Sequence record: NC_047995.1
Direction: 5' to 3' (one strand)
DNA length: 64,000 bases
Numbering within the stretch: the stretch's first letter is position 1; every line of letters begins with the position of its first letter. Positions 54,878 through 62,460 of the stretch are shown here, in pieces. The notes under the pieces are model-generated. The model had not been told where the DNA came from. It saw nothing but the letters and a program-made list of their open reading frames with translations, and ran no database searches. The position numbers and the translations under genes are program-made.

Positions 54878-55388
54878 GCAAATCAACCGCTATTTTAATC
54901 TCATGGAGAAAATCCGTGAGCAACTCTTCCGTGTGTTGAATGTGTCCGAGCGCTACCTGTGCATCGTGAGCTTCAACACCCAGCACCAGGCAATGCAGTG
55001 CGACCTTGTTAGTCGTGAGAGCCTGTTGCCTGCCAAGCTGCTCGAAGGCCTGCGCGGCCAAGAGCTTGTAGTGTACGGCACCATTACTGCCCAGATTGAG
55101 AAGTGGGTAGCAGACGGTATGGTCGACGACTTCCCTATTGCACAGGACGCCGACACGTATGCGCAGTACCGTAAGCTGGTGGACCCTGAAACGGAGCCGA
55201 CTGTCACTGACGCCAACTTGGCCGAGCACGTTGCGTCCTTGTGTAAGTCAGACGCTCTGAAATACGTTGACCCACTGAGCAAGTATGAGCTGGCTATCCT
55301 CTGCAAGGCATGGGGACTCGCACAAGACGCCAGCGAGACTGTCATGCTATCTCTCGTCAAGGGCTATATTCTGCGCCGCTATTCTTAA
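54858..55388 (+). CDS. Hypothetical protein with C-terminal SAP/HeH-like segment
   Basis: LSKYELAILCKAWGL...ETVMLSLV. Confidence 0.7.
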   Translation: MTQKLSEQINRYFNLMEKIREQLFRVLNVSERYLCIVSFNTQHQAMQCDLVSRESLLPAKLLEGLRGQELVVYGTITAQIEKWVADGMVDDFPIAQDADTYAQYRKLVDPETEPTVTDANLAEHVASLCKSDALKYVDPLSKYELAILCKAWGLAQDASETVMLSLVKGYILRRYS

Positions 55389-55406
55389 CTCAAACTCTGC
55401 AAATAA

Positions 55407-55451
55407 CTGGACAGAACCAGAGTAGCGTCTAATACTTTCGTATGATATACT
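55407..55451 (+). promoter_or_regulatory. Phage promoter class A
   Basis: CTGGACAGAAC, then TGA-TATACT at +39. Confidence 0.8.
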
Positions 55452-55521
55452 AGCGCAAGACAAGTAGTGTCTGCACATGCTAATATCGAGTAGTAAACGC
55501 TACTCATAGGAGATCACGAAA

Positions 55522-57549
55522 ATGGCCAAAGCGCCGAAAGCTGCCAAAGTTAAAAAGAAAACGGGTGATGGTTCCCAAGAAGGTTTCGTAATTCACGAAG
55601 GCTTATCGGGTATCAGAGAAAACCCAGGCATGTACATGGGACAACGCGGCGAGGACATGGCGTATCGCGCGGTCAAAGAACCTGTGGACAACGACTACGA
55701 TGAATACATCGCTGGCCGTAACAAGTTGATCGAAGTGGTCATTGATTACGACAACGACCTGAACATCGTAGCCGACCAAGCCGGCGGCATCCCTACCGAC
55801 TTCAAGAAGTTGAAAGACGGTACGAAAGAAACGATCATGACCGCAGCGTTTAGCCGTGTTCATGCGGGTGGTAAATTTAACGATCAGGCGTATAAGACTT
55901 CTGCTGGTACGCACGGTGTGGGTGTCGCGGCCCTGAACGCAATCTCCAGTCAGTTGCGCGTGTGGTCGATGTACAAAGGCGGTTGCGTCTATCAGATGTG
56001 GCAGTGCGGTGAAGTCAAGTCAGGCAAAGACCCTAAGAAAGTCAAGACCATCGACAAAGACGTTATGAGCCTGCTGCGTGATAAGAAGCATAGCAAGTAC
56101 GGTACAGTGGTTGCGTGGACGCTTGACCAGACCGTCGTGTCTGCCGACGTTATGCGCGGTAAGAAGCTGCCGAAGAACTACCGACACGCTGCGCCGAACC
56201 CTGCTCAACTGGGCGAGTGGTTGCGTAACATGTCGATGCTCAACCCAGGCCTTGAGATTCGTCTGACGTTGATTAAGAAGGGCAAGCGCAAAGAGTTCAC
56301 GTTCCACAACAAGAAAGACCTGAACTTCGTTGTGAAGACGATGTGCGAAGAACGCGAGCTGGGTACTGTCGGTAAGCCGTTCATCTTCAAGTCTGACAAC
56401 ATCACTGCCGCACTCGTCTGGACTGATCACGCCGACACTGATAACTTCCTGACGTTCGTTAACACAAGCCCTACAGTTGACGGCGGGTGGCACGTTGTTG
56501 GTTTCCGTGACGCGCTGTTCGATGCTATCAAGCCGTACATGAAAGAGTCGAAGGGCAAAGGCAAGAAGAAGCAGAACTTCAAACAGGAAGACTTGCTTAT
56601 CGGCCTGACTGGTATGTTCGATTGGCGTATGCACGGTGCGCAGTACACGTCACAGGTTAAAGACAAGCTGGCCAGCCGCGTAGAGAAAGACGTATACGCA
56701 GAACTGAACAAGGCGTTTGTCGAATACTTCAAGACGAACAAGAAAGTTGCAACGACGATCATCAAACGCGCCGAAGCAATGAACAAGGGCCGTGAAGAAC
56801 TCAGCGCCGTCGTTAAGTCTATGGCTGACACGAAGAAGAAGCTGAAGGGTAACGCACTCCCTGCTGACCTGATCACTGCAAACAAGTGCAAGCCGCATGA
56901 GCGTGAACTGATTGTCGTGGAAGGGGACTCTGCTGGTGGTACTGCACAGGATGCGCGTAACCCTGACTATCAGGAAGTTATGCTCGCTGGTGGTAAGCCG
57001 CTGAACGGACTGAAAGCCTCACTGGCTGATGTACTCAAGCACAAAGAAGTGCAGGGTCTGTTAGTGAGTATGGGCGCTGACCTGAAATCGCTTGACCCGA
57101 AAGCAGACGCGCCGATCCTCAGCACGAAGAACCTGCGTATCGGTAACTTGCTGCTGCTGATGGATGCGGATGCTGACGGCTTCCACATCGCAACGTTGTT
57201 CTTGGGCGTCATCTATCGCTTGCTGCCTGATATGTTCCGTGAAGGTCGTGTGTGGATCGTCGATGCGCCTCTGTATAACGTCGTACACAAAGGCAAGCAC
57301 TACGGTGGTATGACATTCGAAGAAGCCCGTGCAGCCGCACCTTCGTCTGTGAAAGACAAAGAGATTGTACGTGCGAAAGGTTGGGGTGAAGTCGAACCTG
57401 ACGTTCTGGAAGCTATCGCATTCGATCCGAAGACGCGCCGTGTCATTCGCGTCAACCCATTCGAGAGCGTAGAGCAAGAGCGTTTCTTCCGTGGCGTTCT
57501 GGCAGAAGATGCTGTGCACCGTCGTCGCTTACTGGGTCTGGAGAGCTAA
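55522..57549 (+). CDS. Type IIA DNA topoisomerase subunit B (GyrB/ParE-like)
   Basis: IRENPGMYMG, E.VDN..DE, HAGGKF, GTHGVG (GHKL); EGDSAGG and DADADG.HI (TOPRIM). Confidence 0.95.
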   Translation: MAKAPKAAKVKKKTGDGSQEGFVIHEGLSGIRENPGMYMGQRGEDMAYRAVKEPVDNDYDEYIAGRNKLIEVVIDYDNDLNIVADQAGGIPTDFKKLKDGTKETIMTAAFSRVHAGGKFNDQAYKTSAGTHGVGVAALNAISSQLRVWSMYKGGCVYQMWQCGEVKSGKDPKKVKTIDKDVMSLLRDKKHSKYGTVVAWTLDQTVVSADVMRGKKLPKNYRHAAPNPAQLGEWLRNMSMLNPGLEIRLTLIKKGKRKEFTFHNKKDLNFVVKTMCEERELGTVGKPFIFKSDNITAALVWTDHADTDNFLTFVNTSPTVDGGWHVVGFRDALFDAIKPYMKESKGKGKKKQNFKQEDLLIGLTGMFDWRMHGAQYTSQVKDKLASRVEKDVYAELNKAFVEYFKTNKKVATTIIKRAEAMNKGREELSAVVKSMADTKKKLKGNALPADLITANKCKPHERELIVVEGDSAGGTAQDARNPDYQEVMLAGGKPLNGLKASLADVLKHKEVQGLLVSMGADLKSLDPKADAPILSTKNLRIGNLLLLMDADADGFHIATLFLGVIYRLLPDMFREGRVWIVDAPLYNVVHKGKHYGGMTFEEARAAAPSSVKDKEIVRAKGWGEVEPDVLEAIAFDPKTRRVIRVNPFESVEQERFFRGVLAEDAVHRRRLLGLES

Positions 57550-57550
57550 C

Positions 57551-57805
57551 ATGTTCAACATTGCAAATCTGCCTGACGGTACGATGGTGCGTTTCCTCGA
57601 TATGCCTGCTGTGCAATATCCACCACTGACTGACGAGCAACGCGGTCAGTGTGACGCACTCATGGTCAAAGCGCGTGAACTGACGAAGGACGTTAGTGTG
57701 TCTGGGTTCACTATCGTTGACGGCAAGCCTGATGCGCGTGTGCAAATTCAAATGCGCCGCACAACTCTCGATAAGATTAATGCGATTGCCAAAGGAGAAC
57801 AGTAA
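57551..57805 (+). CDS. Small hypothetical protein inserted between the topoisomerase subunits
   Basis: GGAG SD before ATG 57551; stop overlaps the subunit A start. Confidence 0.7.
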   Translation: MFNIANLPDGTMVRFLDMPAVQYPPLTDEQRGQCDALMVKARELTKDVSVSGFTIVDGKPDARVQIQMRRTTLDKINAIAKGEQ

Positions 57806-59463
57806 TGGCAATTACGCCGAAGAAAGTGAACGTTAAAAAGGTTAAGCCGACCGCTGTAGCGAAAACAGCTAAGCCTGTTAAGCTCAAGTCGAAAGCTGTG
57901 TCAGTCGATGACCTGCCGAAGAAGAAAAAGAAAGGCACCAGCGTAGCTACTGAGAATGCGCCTGGAACCTCACTCTATCCTCTGCTGGGTCAAGACCCGA
58001 AGCTGATTAACGATGAAGGTCTGTCGGACTATACTCGTCGTGCGCTGTCGCATTACGGTGCGTATGTTGTTGAAGACCGCGCTATCGCCGACTATCGTGA
58101 CGGCCTCAAGCCTGTGCACCGTGCTCTGCTGTGGTCACTGTCTGACTTGGGCTTACGTCCGACTGCTGCGTTCAAGAAGTCTGCGCGTACTGTGGGTGAC
58201 ACAATCGGTAAGTATCACCCACACGGCGATGCTGCTTGTTATGGTGCGATGGTAACGATTGCGAATACGGTGCCGCCTGCTGTAGCTGGTGCGGGTAACT
58301 GGGGCAACCCTGTGTCTGCCGCTGCTGCTCAACGTTATACCGAAGCGCGTATGTCGAAGTTCACAGGTAGTTTCTTGCTGGACACTGACTATCTCGAAGT
58401 AGTGCCTCGTGTGCCGAACTTCTCGAATGACCTTGAGATTCCTCTGTACCTGCCAGCCCTGCTGCCGTACATGTTGTTCAATAGCTCGGTGCCTGCTCCT
58501 GCGTACGGCGTGAAATGCGGTAACCCACCGTTCAGTTTCAGCTCGGTCAGCAAGGTCGTGTGTGACATGCTCAATGGCGTTCAGTACGATGCGAAGAAAC
58601 TCGCTAAGACGCTCAAGATAGCGCACACGTATGGCTGTGAAGACGTGACCTCTGACGAGGAAATGCTGCAACTGATCTCGACAGGCAAAGGCAAAGTAAC
58701 GTATCAGCCGAAGATTCATGTGGATGAAAAGAACAAGCTGGTCATCGTCCAGACTTATGTTCCTGCTGGTATGTCGAAGCTCGACGCCATCACGAAGAAG
58801 CTGGAGAAGATTGGCGAGTGGAACGGCGTTGTGTCTGCACGTAACGCAAGCGGTAAGAAGAACAAGCACTCTGGTCCGTACGGTGCTGCGTTCGAAATCA
58901 AATGCCGTGGTAGTGAAGACCTGCTGTATGAAATTGCTCAGAAGGTATTGCGTGAAGTAACATCGAGCGTCAACTATACGCTGGGTGTGACCGTTCGCCG
59001 TGCTGATGCCTCGAACAAGTTCATGTACCTCGACTACCTGAAGTATTTCAAAGCGTGGATTGCTTATCGCGTTAAGCTCGAAACAGCGATGCTCCAGAAC
59101 AAGCTGACGAAAGCCGAAAAGGCACTGCACTTGCAGCAAGTTTTCCTCTGGGCAGTGGATAACATGGACAAGCTGCTCAAAGTGTTGCCGAAAGTGTTGG
59201 TCGCTGCTGACCCTGATGCGATGCTTGCAAAGCTGTGTAAGATTCCAGTTGAAGATGCGAAGATCATCCTCGACCGTCAAGTGCGTAAGCTGGCTAAGCT
59301 GGAGCGTAGTGGTCTGATTGCCAAGATCAAAGAAATCAAGGCAGAGATAGCTGGCTACAAAGCTGGGCTGAAAGAACCAGGCAAGTATGCAGCCGAGGGC
59401 ACTGCTGCGAAAGTTAAGACCTACCTGAAATCACCAGACGACAAGATGCCTATCAGTCTGTAA
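57805..59463 (+). CDS. Type IIA DNA topoisomerase subunit A (GyrA/ParC-like, no C-terminal pinwheel)
   Basis: RAIAD.RDGLKPVHR, KSAR.VG..IGKYHPHGD, AAAQRYTEAR (catalytic Tyr); 552 aa with a basic N-terminal extension. Confidence 0.95.
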   Translation: MAITPKKVNVKKVKPTAVAKTAKPVKLKSKAVSVDDLPKKKKKGTSVATENAPGTSLYPLLGQDPKLINDEGLSDYTRRALSHYGAYVVEDRAIADYRDGLKPVHRALLWSLSDLGLRPTAAFKKSARTVGDTIGKYHPHGDAACYGAMVTIANTVPPAVAGAGNWGNPVSAAAAQRYTEARMSKFTGSFLLDTDYLEVVPRVPNFSNDLEIPLYLPALLPYMLFNSSVPAPAYGVKCGNPPFSFSSVSKVVCDMLNGVQYDAKKLAKTLKIAHTYGCEDVTSDEEMLQLISTGKGKVTYQPKIHVDEKNKLVIVQTYVPAGMSKLDAITKKLEKIGEWNGVVSARNASGKKNKHSGPYGAAFEIKCRGSEDLLYEIAQKVLREVTSSVNYTLGVTVRRADASNKFMYLDYLKYFKAWIAYRVKLETAMLQNKLTKAEKALHLQQVFLWAVDNMDKLLKVLPKVLVAADPDAMLAKLCKIPVEDAKIILDRQVRKLAKLERSGLIAKIKEIKAEIAGYKAGLKEPGKYAAEGTAAKVKTYLKSPDDKMPISL

Positions 59464-59492
59464 GAAATCTGTAAATACAACTCAGCATATTC

Positions 59493-59536
59493 TAGGACGA
59501 AACGCGGTTGTATCTGTATGTCATTAATGTTACAAT
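59493..59536 (+). promoter_or_regulatory. Phage promoter class A with overlapping palindrome
   Basis: TAGGACGAAAC, then TGT-TACAAT at +38; GTCATT-N8-AATGAC at 59520-59539. Confidence 0.65.
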
Positions 59537-59542
59537 GACGTG

Positions 59543-59790
59543 TCGATAGATAGCTGTCTGTTGGGAGATAGACAGCTATCTGAATTTCGAACAGGAGGGT
59601 AGGTTAGCGCATTAATTATTTCGACAAAAAACAAATCGAGCCTAAAGGCCGACCCGCTCCGAACTGCGAACTATATCGCGGCGGAAGCACATACTATTAA
59701 TCGACCCACGTAATGCTAATATGATATCGTATCGGCATTCGAAGTGTCGCTAGGACCGGCAGGAAATGGTCCTCAACTCTTAATGAAGTT
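59543..59790 (+). ncRNA. Candidate ~250-nt structured ncRNA or leader
   Basis: Perfect 12-bp stem 59548-59559/59570-59581; long stem ggag-ggt-aggtt/ggcc-gaccc-ctcc; ggacc/ggtcc hairpin; no credible ORF. Confidence 0.4.
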
Positions 59791-59804
59791 TGGAATCCAC
59801 AAGC

Positions 59805-61073
59805 ATGAAAAATCAGGTAAACAACCTTAAAGCTGGTTTAGAGAAGGTCGCAGGAAATCTGGCCGCTCTCCGTTCAGGACACAATTTGAAACGCCAGCAT
59901 GTTGTTGATTCACTAGGTCAGCCGTCCTCAATGTTGTCTGATCTTACGAAAGCATTAAAGAGTAATACCTATAAGTCGTACCCCGATGTTATACAGTTGC
60001 GCGACTCTGTTCGTTCAACCTGTACTTCCTGCCTTAACCTGTCAGAGCAAGTGGCTGCTCGTCGCATCAAGCCGCGTGAACTGATGGAAAAGCTCGGAGA
60101 AATTGTGAAGTCGTTCAAAGCCGACGCCCAGTTGGCCAAGTCGTGCTTAGGCTACCTGCCTGAGTCCCGCAAAGCAATCAGTCTCGACGATCTGCCTGCG
60201 GGTGGCAAAGAGCGCTTAGAAGCTCTGCAAGCCATCGACAAGGAAGTATACGAGAACGAAGCGAACGACAAGGCTATGCGCCGTGAGCAACGCGAAGACG
60301 CAGCGACTGCAAAAACAAGTCGTGTGTTACAGCGCCTCAAGGATGCGTACTCTCACAAGGTCCCGAGAACGTTCAACAAAGCTATTCAAATAATCCAACT
60401 TCCTGTGATGGCACGATTCGGAACACTCGCCATGAGTCCTGAGTCGCTCTCGCGCATGGGCTTCAAAATCGAAACTGCTGGTCTGCACTCAACCCCTAGT
60501 TCAGACTTAGGCATCGTCTTTGAAAACCAACTCCTGTTGTTCTTCCGCATGTCCGACGCGAAAGGTATGGCAGAAGAAGCAGCGCGTGATCACAAGATGC
60601 TTGATGGAACCCTCGTCGAACGCAAACGCCTCCAGAAAGAACGCAACGCAGAACGCCGCGATCTCAAGAAGCTGAACAAGCTCCTCGAAGAATCGAAGTC
60701 GCTCAAGGTCCGTCGTGCTCTCCGCGAACAAATCGCAGAGACTCAGACAGAGATTGACGACATTACGGCGAAGCTCGATGCGATGGACAGCAAAGTGCGT
60801 GAGTCAGGTTCCCGCGAGCGTGTGTATCGCCAGATGAAGACCTCTAGCGACCATGCGATGCTGGATTATCTTAACCCCATTGTCGATATGATCAACGAGA
60901 AGGGTAGCTCCACGTTAGGTCTGTTTACTACCATGCCGTTACGCGGTGTGATGAAGGATTCAGACGTGCATTGTGCTTGGCTTATGGAAAAATCAGCTAT
61001 CAACCTCTTGCTGCGTCACACAGGCGGAGACATGAAGTTGCAGAACTGGTTCCTGCCGTGGACTAATGGCTAA
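59805..61073 (+). CDS. Coiled-coil hypothetical protein
   Basis: Long ORF with extended helical charged segments. Confidence 0.8.
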   Translation: MKNQVNNLKAGLEKVAGNLAALRSGHNLKRQHVVDSLGQPSSMLSDLTKALKSNTYKSYPDVIQLRDSVRSTCTSCLNLSEQVAARRIKPRELMEKLGEIVKSFKADAQLAKSCLGYLPESRKAISLDDLPAGGKERLEALQAIDKEVYENEANDKAMRREQREDAATAKTSRVLQRLKDAYSHKVPRTFNKAIQIIQLPVMARFGTLAMSPESLSRMGFKIETAGLHSTPSSDLGIVFENQLLLFFRMSDAKGMAEEAARDHKMLDGTLVERKRLQKERNAERRDLKKLNKLLEESKSLKVRRALREQIAETQTEIDDITAKLDAMDSKVRESGSRERVYRQMKTSSDHAMLDYLNPIVDMINEKGSSTLGLFTTMPLRGVMKDSDVHCAWLMEKSAINLLLRHTGGDMKLQNWFLPWTNG

Positions 61074-61605
61074 CGAGAACCGTTTACCAGCGGTACAGAA
61101 AGGTGAGTTGTCGCAGTGTATCATCTGCCAGAAGTTCAGTAGATCGATTCACTACCATCACACCATTCCCCGCTCACTGGGTGGCGAAGACAGTCTTCAA
61201 ATCCCTATAGACGGTGACTGCCACACAACGCTTCACGCAAAAGCAGAAGCTGTGGTAGCGAAGTTAGCAGGCAACCGTAAGCAACCAATCGGGACGTTTT
61301 GGGATGACCCAGAATCGGAACGACGAGCACAAACGTGGCTAGACATTCTGGTTGACGCTATGCTTAACCCACCGGTGCAGCCCGGACAGAAAGAAGTGCT
61401 GCTGCCGATGATTAAGGTTAACATGGAGACCAGACATGCTCTCGAACTCTTGAAGCGTGACACGCCTGGTATTACTAATATGAGCCAAGTGTTGCGGTAT
61501 TGTATTGAGACAACATTAAAAGCAAAGGGGTTAAAAAATGGCGAATCAAAAAGTACGCACTCTGGACATCAAAGCACTCGTAAAAAACGAACTGACCTGT
61601 GGTGA
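61066..61605 (+). CDS. HNH-like domain fused to a C-terminal RHH
   Basis: CIIC...HHTIPRSLGG...DCHTTLH; MIKVNMETRHALELLK...NMSQVLRYCIE. Confidence 0.65.
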   Translation: MANENRLPAVQKGELSQCIICQKFSRSIHYHHTIPRSLGGEDSLQIPIDGDCHTTLHAKAEAVVAKLAGNRKQPIGTFWDDPESERRAQTWLDILVDAMLNPPVQPGQKEVLLPMIKVNMETRHALELLKRDTPGITNMSQVLRYCIETTLKAKGLKNGESKSTHSGHQSTRKKRTDLW

Positions 61606-62404
61606 TTGCCGCGGTCTGACTCGTGATGCACTTTTACCGACTGCCGAGAAGCCGTGTGCTACGCAAGGTCAGTTGGCAGATTCTAAGATCTGCAAACACT
61701 ATCGCGCTGACGGCCAATCGCTGACAGACCTGATGACCGAGCATGGTGATTCACTTGTTGGGCTTTTCAATACATTCAAAAACTTCTCTGACCGTGACCT
61801 GCGCGTTGTAGCTGGCATGTTGTTAGCAGAATCGAAGACACGCCGTCATGGTGTGCGCATGGGGCAAGCAGTATTCGTGCGCTATCAAGGGCGCGAGACA
61901 CGCAACTACCTGAACAACTTCATGGCAGCGCGTGTGCTGGACGTAGACGACGATACGATTCGCCTTATCAGTGAGAAGGGTGACATTGTACTGACGTATG
62001 CGAACACAGGCTTTAACGGTCCTTCCGTATATGCCAAGAAGCAATTTGCTAAACTGCGTAAAGAGATGATCGGTGCTGGTAAGCTGATTGACCCTGAGCG
62101 CGAGATCAAGACAGCCAAGCGCAATCTTCCACAAGAAGACAATGTTAATTTCTCTGCACCAAGTGACCTCGACGGCTTCTCTATTCCTCTGATGGAAGAC
62201 GTGACCAAAGGCCGTGGCGGTAAGCGTAAAGGTCGTAAGACTCAGACGCTGGTGGACATTGTTAGCATGATCGAGAACGGTCATGATATGGGCGCGGAAC
62301 AAGACGAGTCTGGCGTAATGTCACTCGGCGGTAACAGCTACCGCGCCAAGAAGAAGAAAATCAACGTCGGTAAGAATGGCGTGGTTGAACTCGGCGACTT
62401 GTAA
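61538..62404 (+). CDS. Hypothetical protein with N-terminal Cys cluster
   Basis: CGDC...C...C; AAGGGG SD. Confidence 0.75.
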   Translation: MANQKVRTLDIKALVKNELTCGDCRGLTRDALLPTAEKPCATQGQLADSKICKHYRADGQSLTDLMTEHGDSLVGLFNTFKNFSDRDLRVVAGMLLAESKTRRHGVRMGQAVFVRYQGRETRNYLNNFMAARVLDVDDDTIRLISEKGDIVLTYANTGFNGPSVYAKKQFAKLRKEMIGAGKLIDPEREIKTAKRNLPQEDNVNFSAPSDLDGFSIPLMEDVTKGRGGKRKGRKTQTLVDIVSMIENGHDMGAEQDESGVMSLGGNSYRAKKKKINVGKNGVVELGDL

Positions 62405-62460
62405 GTTAAGATCTAAAACAGCAAACTACTTCTAACAATACGAATAGGATCTCGGAAAAA

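Noticed and set aside
57805-59463. Calling the topoisomerase a DNA gyrase (gyrA/gyrB symbols)
   Set aside because: No C-terminal beta-pinwheel or GyrA box, so gene symbols were withheld.
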